Part shown: piece by piece, positions 29,303-39,765 of the stretch | Position numbering within the stretch: the stretch's first letter is position 1 | How the letters are laid out: each line of letters opens with the position of its first letter | Source: Squalus acanthias | Lineage: Eukaryota | Assembly: GCA_030390025.1 (NCBI GenBank) | Contig: JASTWF010000035.1 | Location: 2,852,001-2,916,000 of the forward strand | Length of the DNA: 64,000 bases | Direction of reading: 5' to 3' | Position numbers and translations under genes: made by a program | The notes under the pieces: model-generated | Databases searched by the model: none | Told to the model about the DNA's origin: nothing | The model's input: only the letters and a program-made list of their open reading frames with translations

Positions 29303-29337
29303 TGTTTTTTGTGCTTTCTTTTGTTTCTCTGTTTCAG
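29299..29337 (+). promoter_or_regulatory. Polypyrimidine tract and 3' splice acceptor (...TTGTTTCTCTGTTTCAG)
   Basis: Long T/C-rich, A-free tract ending in CAG at 29335-29337, immediately after the last satellite unit. Confidence 0.7.
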
Positions 29338-29541
29338 TCAGGAGGGAGGGTCATCTGATTTCAGTGACATTGACAAAGTCTCTCTGTCCCGTTCGGTCCA
29401 GCAGATCAGACGTAGGCATCAGGGGTGTTATTCTGACGGTGGTTTCTGTTCATTTTACAGCAGGACCTTACGGAACTCGTCTTATTTTTAAAGGTGGTGT
29501 ATTACCTTCCCGTAGAACACCAGCGTCTGGCCCATTGCAAG
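29338..29541 (+). CDS. Candidate internal coding exon (204 nt, phase 1/1) of an unidentified host gene: (x)RREGHLISVTLTKSLCPVRSSRSDVGIRGVILTVVSVHFTAGPYGTRLIFKGGVLPSRRTPASGPLQ
   Basis: Strong acceptor at 29337, donor CAAG|GTACGG at 29541/29542, stop-free in the frame of ORF 29253-29579, and phase-compatible with the next candidate exon. Protein not recognised. An alternative acceptor (CATTTTACAG, 29460) and an alternative frame exist. Confidence 0.5.
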
Positions 29542-30189
29542 GTACGGAATCTCCCATCCAACTCTGTTGCTTTTGCTGAGGAGGAGCTTCCCCCTGTTTA
29601 CCCCCATCCTCTTAGATCAAAGCACACCATACTTCACCTCCAGGTTAGGGAGCAGTGAGGCAGACAGCCTCATCCCAGGCTCTGTCAGCACTGCCTTGGA
29701 ACTGATGCATCGAGATGTGCTGGAGTCGCCTCATGTCAAAGGCAGACTGGCTGTCAAGAATATGAGATTTGCTCTCGTGAAATAGCGCTCATCCCATCTG
29801 CTCGTATATAGGTCTACCAGTTCACAATCATCATTCGTTACCAAACCTCAATTAGTGAGTGAGCCAGCCAGTCAAGCACGTAACCCACAAGATCAGGGCA
29901 TTCTATTTTGACTGCTGTTATCACCTGAAGCATGCACTTACGCCCCGTTTACCAATCTCTGCACTAAACCACCTCTTCATGCCGTAGCTCGGGGAGGGAT
30001 CTGGGTTTGCTTTGCACCAGTTGTGCTGCTTTTTCATTGTGTTTTTGATACCAGTTTGACTTCTCCAGTCACAGCTCTTCAATGAACTGAGCCAAAAAAC
30101 CTCTTCATTTCACCTGCTGTCATTCCAATTTGCTTTTCCAGTATTCCTTCATCCGCTCTTCCACTTGGAGGAGCTTGTAGCTCAGTGAG

Positions 30190-30730
30190 TCATAGACATT
30201 ATAACACAGAAGCAGGCCATTGGGCCTGAGCTGTCCGTGTTGGCGTTTGTCCCCACACCGGAAGACGTTCTAATCACCTACCTTTTTTTCCCCTTATCCC
30301 TTCATCCCCCTTTCCTTCAGCCACCTTTCTAACCTATTGTTAAATGTTGACATCCCTTTTACTTCAGTCACAAACTCCAGTAGTGCATTCCATAACCTCA
30401 CAACCCTCTGTGTAAAAAAAAAAGTTTCTGCTGCTCTCTGTCCGAAATACCTTGCATTGAATCTTATATCTATGTCCCTTCATTTTCAATCACTGGAAAC
30501 AGTCTGTTTCTCTCTACTCTGTCCCATCCCTTCATGATTTTAACCACCTCACAGTTACTGACATTCAGTTCCATCTGCCACTTTATTTACCCATTTCACC
30601 ACCTTATCAATATCCCCTTGCAGCTTCCTTTGGTCCTCAGAACTTTTTACTCTGCCTCTTATTTTAGTATCATCTGCAAATTGGATCCCTCTCCCTCTAG
30701 CTCTATTTCCAAATCACGCACTGATATCCT
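30190..30730 (-). mobile_element. Old degenerate CR1-like LINE 3' fragment
   Basis: 3' tail signature (CATAGA...CACAGAAGCAGGCCATT on +) and remnants of the RT C-terminus, including the reverse complement of the FADD region near 30670. Confidence 0.7.
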
Positions 30731-31068
30731 GAAGACTTCAGCTCAGTGATCCAGTGCACACTAATGCCTTAAAAGGTCATTTTACCATCTGAATTGAGGA
30801 CTACATGCTCTCATACTTAGCTGTAATCACAGATTTGGAGCCTATCCACCAACCCCTGCCCATTAAATTTAAATTTGCGAATTCTTCCCAAAATATTTGA
30901 TGCCTAATTCTGGCTTCCTACCCAGAATGTCGATCTGTCCAGGGAACAGCATACTCAGTGCCCATTGCCCTTCTTTTACTTGGTCTAATTGCATGAAGCA
31001 GGCTGGTGTGCGAAGGAGCTAACGTTCTGAGTTTCCCTTTGTAAGGTAGAATATTGGACTTGGACTCG

Positions 31069-31240
31069 GGGGTAGATTTTGACATTGTGCGATAGTGTAA
31101 AATAGTTGATAACGAATCAGCAGTCTGTTTTACATCTCTTCCGATTGACTTCAATGGAAATAAAAATGCGGAGAGATGTAAAACGGACTGCTGATTCGCT
31201 ATCAACTATTTTACACTATTGCACAGTCAAAATCTACCCC
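31069..31240. mobile_element. Foldback MITE (172 bp) with ~72-bp inverted arms, termini GGGGTAGATTTT...AAAATCTACCCC (Harbinger-like termini)
   Basis: Left arm 31069-31143 is the near-perfect reverse complement of right arm 31169-31240. Short loop contains ATTGACTTCAAT. No clear TSD. Confidence 0.85.
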
Positions 31241-31450
31241 ATAGAATTCTACAGCACAGGAAGAGTCCATTTGGCCCTTTACACCTATGCCTGCTCTTTG
31301 ACTGATATCCTTTGTCTCATTCCCTTGTTATTTACCCATTCGGCCCATGACGCTTGTTCCGGCTCTCTGAGCTATCCACTTAGTTCCATGTCCTGCCCTT
31401 GCTCCAGACTCCTTTAAATGTTTCTTTTTCAAATATTTATCCACTTTGTT
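31241..31450 (-). mobile_element. Short degenerate CR1 3' tail fragment
   Basis: ATAGAATTCTACAGCACAGGAAGAGTCCATTTGGCCC resembles the CR1 tails elsewhere in the window, e.g. near 39770 and 44285. Confidence 0.6.
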
Positions 31451-31569
31451 TTTAATGAGTAGCTCAGTGTGTTTTAGATGAACAGCCATAATGCTAATTA
31501 CTGAGCTTATATTTTAATGTAATGTAACGTACTAGGTATGCTATTCACCCCTTTTACTTTTCACTGCAG

Positions 31570-31614
31570 TGAAATTTGGAAACGGCACGTCTTTCAGCTC
31601 TATCAGTAAAATAG
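31570..31614 (+). CDS. Candidate 45-nt internal exon (phase 1/1): (V)KFGNGTSFSSISKI
   Basis: Good acceptor CCCCTTTTACTTTTCACTGCAG and strong donor AG|GTAAGG. Only the phase-1 frame is stop-free, and it joins in frame to exon 29338-29541. Confidence 0.6.
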
Positions 31615-32105
31615 GTAAGGTTCAGATACGTATACTAACTCAGTAACTGAACCTCAGAATCTGTCCTCATGCCGGTCAGTGGGCCAGCAGATCCAGGACC
31701 CAGCATAAGTGATGAGGCAAGCATCCGCCCTCATCACGTCCTTACTCCTGGTGACAGCTTGTGTGATCGTTCTAGCCAGCCTGCTCATGTTAGGGCCAGG
31801 ATATAGGACCAGGCTGTCCACAAACCTGCAGTGGTGACACAGCCTGCAAACGGGTCCTTCCAGGATTCAGGAGCCCTAAAGCAAGGACCAGCTTGATCCC
31901 AAGAGGTTAAATGATACCACAGTGCAGACAAGCACCACTGATGCCCCTGGTACCTCTTGTTGTAAATAGTAATGTGCACGATAGGTGATGTGGTGCAGTT
32001 TACAAAAGTAAGTCTGTTTGGGTTTTGTGTTTGAAAAGATGTTTGAAGGTCTGGCTACAATTGGACGGAGTTCATTCTGTATCTCCTTACTGAACTGTTG
32101 CCTTC

Positions 32106-32297
32106 TTAAACAGGCATCATCTTCTTGGCATCATCAAGCCAGCGGTGTGGTCTGTAGATGTTGATGGAAGGGTACCTCCTTGTTTTGCGTTCTCTCCTTT
32201 GTTCTAACCTGTGTGCTTTTCTCATTTCCTCTTCCTCCTGCTCCTGTTCTGCCTCCATTCTAAGGACATATATTGGAATGCCAATAGTGGACCCCAT
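32106..32297 (-). pseudogene. Possible N-terminal remnant of a PIF/Harbinger transposase
   Basis: MG..IGIP, acidic run, basic run, then RRYPSINIYRP resembles the N-terminus of vertebrate Harbinger transposases as I recall them. No DDE core recognised. Confidence 0.35.
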
Positions 32298-32752
32298 GGT
32301 AAGCTATCCATGACAGAAGGGTAGAAAGCAAAGAATCAGAATCTCCCTGCCTCAAACTGATGAAAGGAAGCTTTCAGAATCCTTTCTCAGCAGCAAAGCT
32401 GAAAAAAACTCTTAATTGTTAAAGCTGAAATATCAGAACAACTTTGTGGGCAGTCAGAGCCTATGAAATCAGCCATTTCCCGCTTTGGCAAATCATGCAT
32501 AGAAATTACAACATGGAAACAGGCCATTCAGGCCAACCAATCCACGTCGATGTTTACCCTCCACATGAACAAATATCCTAATCATTATCATGCAGGTAAC
32601 TCCTGCATGCTTTATACAGGTTTGAGTTAAATCAGGTGCAGCACTGATTTAAATGATGGGATTTCTGACAGATCAGGCTATTTCCTTGTGCTCCTGTCAT
32701 TTAAAAACATCTGCCACCTTGAAAACAGGCTCATCTCCTCCCCACTGCAAGT

Positions 32753-35700
32753 ATTATTAAAGGGTAGGATATTAAAGGGTATGGGGAGTTAGGGGGAGAC
32801 AGGGTGGGATATTGAAGGGTACGGGGAGTGAGCAGTAGAGTGGGATTAGACTGGGTGGGATATTAAAGGGCACGGGGAGTGAGGGGGAGACTGGGATTCG
32901 ACTGGGTGGGATATTAAAGGGTATGGGGAGTGAGCAGGAGAGTGGGATTAGACTGGGTGGGATATTAAAGGATACGGGGAGTGAGCAGGAGAGTGGGATT
33001 AGACTGGGTGGGATATTAAAGGGTACGGGGAGTGAGCAGGAGAGTGGGATTAGACTGGGTGGGCTATTAAAGGGTACGGGGAGTGAGGGGGAGACTGGGT
33101 GGGATATTAAAGGGTACGGGGAGTGAGGCGGAGAGTGGGATTAGGCTGGGAGGGATATTCAAGGGTACGGGGAGTGAGGGGGAGACCGGGTGGGATATTA
33201 AAGGGTACGGGGAGTGAGGCAGAGAGTGGGATTAGGCTGGGTGGGATATTAAAGGGTGTGGGGAGTGAGGAGGAGAGTGGGATTAGACTGGGTGGGATAT
33301 TAAAGGGTGCGGGGAGTGAGGGGGAGAGTGGGATTAGGCTGAGTGGGATATTAAAGGGTACGGGGAGTGAGGGGGAGAGTGGGATTAGACTGGGTGGGAT
33401 ATTAAAGGGTACGGGGAGTGAGGAGGAGAGTGGGATTAGGCTGGGTGGGATATTAAAGGGTACGGGGAGTGAGGAGGAGAGTGGGATCAGACTTGGTGGG
33501 ATATTAAAGGGTACGGGGAGTGAGCGGAGAGTGGGATTAGACTGGGTGGGATATTAAAGGGTACGGGGAGTGAGGAGGAGAGTGGGATTAGGCTGGGTGG
33601 GATATTAAAGGCTACGGGGAGTGAGGAGGAGACTGGAATTAGACTGGGTGGGATATTAAAGGGTACGGGGAGTGAGCGGAGAGTGGGATTAGACTGGGTG
33701 GGATATTAAAGGGTGCGGGGAGTGAGGGGGAGAGTGGGATTAGACTGGGTGGGATATTAAAGGGTTCGGGGAGTGAGGCGGAGAGTGGGATCAGACTGGG
33801 TGGGATATTAAAGGGATCGGGGAGTGAGGCGGAGAGTGGGATTAGACTGGGTGGGATATTAAAGTGTACGGGGAGTGAGGGGGAGACTGGGATTAGACTG
33901 GGTGGGATATTAAAGGGTACGGGGAGTGAGGGGGAGAGTGGGATTAGACGGTGGGATATTAAAGGGTACGGGGAGTGAGGAGGAGAGTGGGATTAGACTG
34001 GGTGGGATATTAAAGGGTACGGGGAGTGAGCGGAGAGTGGGACTAGACTGGGTGGGATATTAAAGGATACGGGGAGTGAGCGGAGAGTGGATTAGACTGG
34101 GTGGGATATTAAAGGGTACGGGGAGTGAGGGGGAGAGTGGGATTAGACTGGGTGGGATATTAAAGGTTACGGGGAGTGAGGAGGAGACTGGAATTAGACT
34201 GGGTGGGATATTAAAGGGTATGGGGAGTGAGGGGGAGACTGGGATTAGACGGTGGGATATTGAAGGGTACGGGGAGTGAGGAGGAGACTGGAATTAGACT
34301 GGGTGGGATATTGAAGGGTACGGGGAGTGAGGGGGAGACTGGGATTAGACTGGGTGGGATATTAAAGGGTACGGGGAGTGAGGGGGAGACTGGGATTAGG
34401 CTGGGTGGGATATTAAAGGGTACGGGGAGTGAGGGGGAGACTGGGATTAGACTGGGTGGGTTATTAAAGGGTACAGGAAGTGAGGGGGAGACTGGGATTA
34501 GACTGGGTGGGTTATTAAAGGGTACGGGGAGTGAGGCGAAGAGTGGGATTAGACTGGGTGGGATATTAAAGGGTACCGGGAGTGAGCGGAGAGTGGGATT
34601 AGACTGGGTGGGATATTAAAGGGTACGGGGAGTGAGGAGGAGAGTGGGATTAGGCTGGGTGCGATATTAAAGGGTACGGGGAGTGAGGAGGAGAGTGGGA
34701 TTAGGCTGGGTGGGATATTAAAGGGTGCGGGGAGTGAGGAGGAGAGTGGGATTAGACTGGGTGGGTTATTAAAGCTACGGGGAGTGAGGGGGAGAGTGGG
34801 ATTAGACTGGGTGGGGTATTAAAGGGTATGGGGAGTGACGGGGAGAGTGGGATTAGACTGGGTGGGATATTAAAGGGTGCGGGGAGTGAGGAGGAGAGTG
34901 GGATTAGACTGGGTGGGTTATTAAAGGGTACGGGGAGTGAGGAGGAGAGTGGGATTAGACTGGGTGGGTTATTAAAGGGTGCGGGGAGTGAGGGGGGAGA
35001 GTGGGATTAGGCTGGGTGGGATATTAAAGGGTGCGGGGAGTGAGGAGGAGAGTGGGATTAGACTGGGTGGGTTATTAAAGGGTACGGGGAGTGAGGAGGA
35101 GAGTGGGATTAGACTGGGTGGGATATTAAAGGGTTCGGGGAGTGAGGCGGAGAGTGGGATTAAACTGGGTGGGATATTAAAGGGTATGGGGAGTGAGGGG
35201 GAGAGTGGGATTAGACTGGGTGGGATATTAAAGGGTATGGGGAGTGAGGGGGAGAGTGGGATTAGACTGGGTGGGATATTAAAGGGTTCGGGGAGTGAGG
35301 CGGAGAGTGGGATTAAACTGGGTGGGATATTAAAGGGATCGGGGAGTGAGGCGGAGAGTGGGATTAGACTGGGTGGGATATTAAAGGGTACGGGGAGTGA
35401 GGGGGAGACTGGGATTAGACTGGGTGGGATATTAAAGGGTACGGGGAGTGAGGGGGAGAGTGAGATTAGACGGTGGGATATTAAAGGGTACGGGGAGTGA
35501 GGAGGAGAGTGGGATTAGACTGGGTGGGATATTAAAGGGTATGGGGAGTGGGCAGGAGAGTGGGATTAGGCTGGGTGGGATATTAAAGGGTACGGGCAGT
35601 GAGGAGGAGACTGGGATTAGACTGGGTGGGATATTAAAGGGTACGGGGAGTGAGGGGGAGAGTGGGATTAGAGTGGGTGGGCTATTAAAGGGTACGGGGA

Positions 35701-36598
35701 GTGAGGGGGAGACTAGGATTAGACTGGTTGGGATATTAAGGGGTATGGGGAGTGAGGGGGAGAGTGGGATAGACTGGGTGGGACATTAAGGGGTATGGGG
35801 AGTGAGGGGGAGAGTGGGATTAGACTGGGTGGGATATTAAGGGGTATGGGGAGTGAGGGGGAGGGTGGGATTAGACTGGGTGGGATATTAACTGCTATGG
35901 GGAGTGAGGAGGAGACTGGGATTAGACTGGGTGGGATATTAAAGGGTGTGGGGAGTGAGGGGGAGACTGGGATTAGACTGGGTGGGGTATTGAAGGGTAC
36001 GGGGAGTGTGGGGGAGACTGGGATTAGACTGGGTGGGGTATTAAAGGGTACGGGGAGTGAGGGGAGAGTGGGATTAGACTGGGTGGGATATTAAAGGGTA
36101 CGGGGAGTGAGGGGGAGAGTGGGATTAGACTGGGTGGGATATTAAAGGGTACGGGGAGTGAGGGGGAGACTGGGATTAGACTGGGTGGGATATTAAAGGG
36201 TACGGGGAGTGAGGGGGAGACTGGGATTAGACTGGGTGGGATATTAAAGGGTATGGGGAGTGAGGAGGAGAGTGGGATTAGACTGGGTGGGATATTAAAG
36301 GGTACGGGGAGTGAGGGGGAGACTGGGATTAAACTGGGTGGGATATTAAAGGGTACGGGGAGTGCGGGGGGAGACTGGGATTAGACTGGGTGGGATATTC
36401 AAGGGTGCGGGGAGTGAGGAGGAGAGTGGGATTAGACTGGGTGGGATATTAAAGGGTACGGGGAGTGAGGGGGAGACTGGGATTAAACTGGGTGGGATAT
36501 TAAAGGGTACGGGGAGTGAGGGGGAGAGTGGGATTAGACTGGGTGGGATATTAAAGGGTACGGGGAGTGAGGAGGAGAGTGGGATTAGACTGGGTGGT
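32753..36598. repeat. G-rich 51-bp minisatellite, consensus GGTGGGATATTAAAGGGTACGGGGAGTGAGG(A/G)GGAGAGTGGGATTAGACTG, about 75 units
   Basis: Direct tandem repetition. The 17-aa periodicity (GGILKGTGSEEESGIRL) in the ORF track confirms the 51-bp period. Strong G/purine strand skew. Confidence 0.98.
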
Positions 36599-36845
36599 TC
36601 ACGTGGTGAAATACGATGGACCCAGGTGCCTTATTTCTGTGCTGTGACATTCTATAATCCAACCACACATTGGTGTAGATTTTCAATCGGCCCATTTTAC
36701 ATTTATCCCAATTTTTATGTATATTGAGAAATGTAAAATTAAATTAAAGTTGCTAATCCATTAAAACAAGGTTGTATTACTTTCTGGCTCCTGGATAAAC
36801 TTTGCTGCACAGTGAACAGGGCATCAGAGATGTTGAAGAAAGAGG

Positions 36846-36923
36846 CTGCTGGAAGCGGTCAGGACAAGGCGGGAAGTTCTCTATCCAGATGGTGGCAGGA
36901 GGATCCCGAAACAGCAAAGGGAG
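36846..36923 (+). pseudogene. Possible remnant of a Harbinger-associated Myb/SANT-like gene (LLEAVRTRREVLYPDGGRRIPKQQRE)
   Basis: Manual translation from 36846. Resembles the first helix region of Myb/SANT-like proteins encoded by Harbinger elements, but is short and isolated. Confidence 0.35.
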
Positions 36924-37584
36924 GATTTTACCCCTCCTGTTTGGAGGGATCTGGCCGGGCCGGTGGTTAAAATGTCAGTCGGGCACGTCCCTCTGCAATC
37001 CCGGCTCATTTGCTCCCGCCACCGTTTTAACTGCCCAGGTTTTCAGCAGCCCACTGCAGGCAGGTGGGGCCTTATTAATATTTCAATTCAGACCCTGAGA
37101 CAATTTAACCCAATCACAAGACGGCAGTGAAAGCTGGCAGCAAACAGGAGTGGGGCCAGAGAGGCCCACAAATGGAAGTATTCTTTTTTAGGTTTCCTTG
37201 TGGGCCAGGGGGTGTAGGAGTTCTCCGGGACCCAGAAGCGAACCTTGGGCCTCCCCTTCCTCGACAGTGAGTCAAATGTATCGACTCCCCATTCATCACA
37301 TTTATGCCTGGACTAAATTCCTGGCTCAAGCCCACCAGGCATGGAGGACAGATCGTCAGCACTAGGAGCATCACCTGTGGGACCTGGATTGTTTTATTCA
37401 TTCTCGGGATGTGGGCATCGCTGGCAAGGCCGAACTTAAGGCCCACCTCTAGTTGTCCTGAGAAAGTGGTGGTGGGCCGTCTTCTTGAACTGCTGCAGTC
37501 CATGTTATTCTTTGTAAAGAATTGATGCAACTGACTGTCTTGCTAGGCCACTGCAGAGGGCAGTTAAGAGTTGGTGTGAGAGAG

Positions 37585-37795
37585 GAACATTGGAAGAAAG
37601 ATAGGAACAGGAGTAGGCCATTCAGCCATCGACCTTTTCTGCTGTTCAATTAGATTATGACTGATCTGTATCTTAACTCCATTTACCTGCCTTGGTTCCA
37701 TATCCTTTAATGCCCTTACCTAACAAAAATCTTCAGTTGCCCTAGCCTCAACAGCTTTTTGGGGGAAAGAGTTCCAGATTTTCACTAACCTTTGT
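37585..37795 (-). mobile_element. CR1 3'-terminal fragment
   Basis: GATAGGAACAGGAGTAGGCCATTCAGCC tail followed by the reverse complement of the ORF2 C-terminus. Confidence 0.75.
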
Positions 37796-37900
37796 GTGAC
37801 TGGAGTCACATATCAGCCAGAGCGGGAAAGAGATGTCGGATTCCTTCCCTAAAAGATGGGATTAAAGAGACAGTCGCAGCTTGGATAAGAAATTGGCTAA

Positions 37901-38311
37901 GAAAAAAAGAAAGACTTGCATTTCTATAGTGCCTTTCACAACCACTGGACGTCCCAAAGCGCTTTACAGCCAATGAAGTACTTTTAAAGTGTAGACACTG
38001 TTGTAATGTAGGCAACGCAGCAGCCAATTTGTGCACAGCAAAATCCCACAAACAGCATTGTGATAATGTTTCAATGATGCTGATTGAGGGGTAAATATTG
38101 GCCAGGACACCGGGGATAACTACCCTGCTCCTCTTCGAAAAAGTGCCATGGGATCTTTTATGTCCACCTGAGAGGGCAGACGGGGTTTAATGTCTCATTC
38201 AAAAGACAGCACCTCCGACAGTGCAGTACGCCCTCAATACTGCACTGGAATGTCAGCCTAGATTTTTGTGCTCAAGTCTTTGGAGTGGAACTTAAACCCA
38301 CAACCTTCTGA
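37901..38311 (-). mobile_element. SacSINE1/DeuSINE-like SINE, 5' truncated
   Basis: Reverse complement of the element at 55352-55828, from the (TCTT)n tail through the central domain to the B-box region. Confidence 0.88.
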
Positions 38312-38852
38312 TACAATTGTAAAGGGGTTGTAGAAACAGAGACCTGGGAGTGTAGATACAGAAATCTTTGATGGTGGCAGGGAAAGTTGAGAAGGCTGTA
38401 AAAAGAAAAAAACATTCAAGTGCAAGGAAGTTATGCTAAACCTTCATAAATCACTGGTTAGGCCTCAGCTGGAGTATTGTGTCCAATTCTGGGCACCGCA
38501 CTTTAGGAAGGATATCAGGGCCTTGAAGAGGATGCAGAAAAGATTTACCAGAATGATATCAGGGATGAGGGACTTCAATTAAATGGAGAGACTAGAGAAG
38601 CTAGGATTGTTCTTCTTAGAGCAGAGAAGGTTAAGGGGAGATTTATTAGGATATGGAATGCACTGCCTGAAAGAGTGGTGGAAGCAGATTCAATAGTAAC
38701 TTTCAAAAGGGAATTGGATAAATACATGAAGCAGAATAAATTGCAGGGCTATGGGGAAAGAGATGGGGGAGTGGGACTAATCAGACAGCTCTTTCAAAGA
38801 GCTGGCACAGACACGATGGGCTGAATTTTGTGCTGCAAGATTCTATGATTCT
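38312..38852 (+). mobile_element. CR1 LINE 3' fragment with internal deletions
   Basis: Encodes LVRPQLEYCVQFWAPHFRKD and LQGYGE remnants, and ends in TTCTATGATTCTA. Confidence 0.88.
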
Positions 38853-39765
38853 AGTGAAATTATTGGGTTTTTACGACAATCTGACAGCTTCATGGTCACT
38901 TTTACTGGTACCGCTTTACATTTCTAAATTTATTAAAACTGAATTGAATTCACCAACTGCCGTGATGGGATTTGAACTGATCGGCCTGGATATATGTTTG
39001 CACAGCACTGGTCTTTCAGGTGAAAAATGGGCACTGAATGCTCTGTATGCAGCACACACCATATTGGTTAGGGTGTCCTGTAGACGTTCAGGATGCCTGT
39101 CTAAATCTGGCGTTAGGCCCATTGCCTATACAAATCAGAATGTGCCTGTTTCATGCCCATTCCCGAAATTGGTTTGCAACTGACCGCAGTATGCGCTGGT
39201 TGAACATTGATGTAGTGCAGGCTCTTATTCACATATTCTGCTGGCTCATCTTCTGGTGCTTACATGAGGCACGACTGTCATGGTTACAAGTGATTTGAGT
39301 GTCCATGTACACAATCATTAAAAGCCAGCAGACAATCAAAATGGCTCATGGAATGTTAGCCTTTATCTCCCGGGGTCTGGAATACAAAGGGGTGGAAGTT
39401 CTGTTCCAGCTGTACAGAGCTCTGGTCAGACCCCATCTGGACACTGCGTTCCGTTCTGGGCCCCGCACCTCAGGAAGGATAGATTGGCCTTGGAGGGGGA
39501 GCAGCGCAGATTCACCAGAATGATACCGGTGCTAAAAGGGTTAAATTATGAGGATAAGTTGCACAGACTGGGCTTGTATTCCCGTGAATATGGAAGATTA
39601 AGGGGTGATCTAAGTGAGGTGTTTAAGATGATTAAAGGATTTGATAGGGTAGACAGGGAGAAACTGTTTCCTCTGGTGGTAGAATCAAGAACAAGGGGCA
39701 TAATAAAATTAGAGCCAGGCCGTTCAGGGGTAATGTCAGGAAACACTTATTGACACAAAGCGTAA

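Larger units (their letters stand above)
37390..38990 (-). mobile_element. tRNA-derived SINE (same family as 45559-45931) split into three pieces (~37390-37580, ~37795-37855, ~38853-38990) by later insertions
   Basis: Each piece is the reverse complement of successive parts of this SINE family: tail GGGATGTGGGCATCGCTGGCAAGGCC, central CAGAGGGCAGTTAAGAG and TGGGTTTTTACGACAATC, B-box GGGATTTGAACT. Confidence 0.7.

Noticed and set aside
29288..29491. Alternative reading SQEGGSSDFSDIDKVSLSRSVQQIRRRHQ as the host exon frame
   Set aside because: Not fully excluded, but it hits a stop at 29491 with only weak donors before it, whereas the other frame is open to a better donor and matches the next exon's phase.
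31562..31614. Ig/TCR J segment (FGxGT motif followed by a splice donor)
   Set aside because: Upstream CACTGCA is a poor heptamer with no nonamer at 12 or 23 bp spacing, and a normal pyrimidine tract and acceptor is present instead. The residues after FGNGT are not J-like, and there are no V, D or C segments in the window.
32923..36727. Gly-rich 17-aa repeat protein (GGILKGTGSEEESGIRL)n
   Set aside because: The 51-bp period happens to leave one frame open, frequent frameshifting units break it, and the other frame shows CR1 ancestry.
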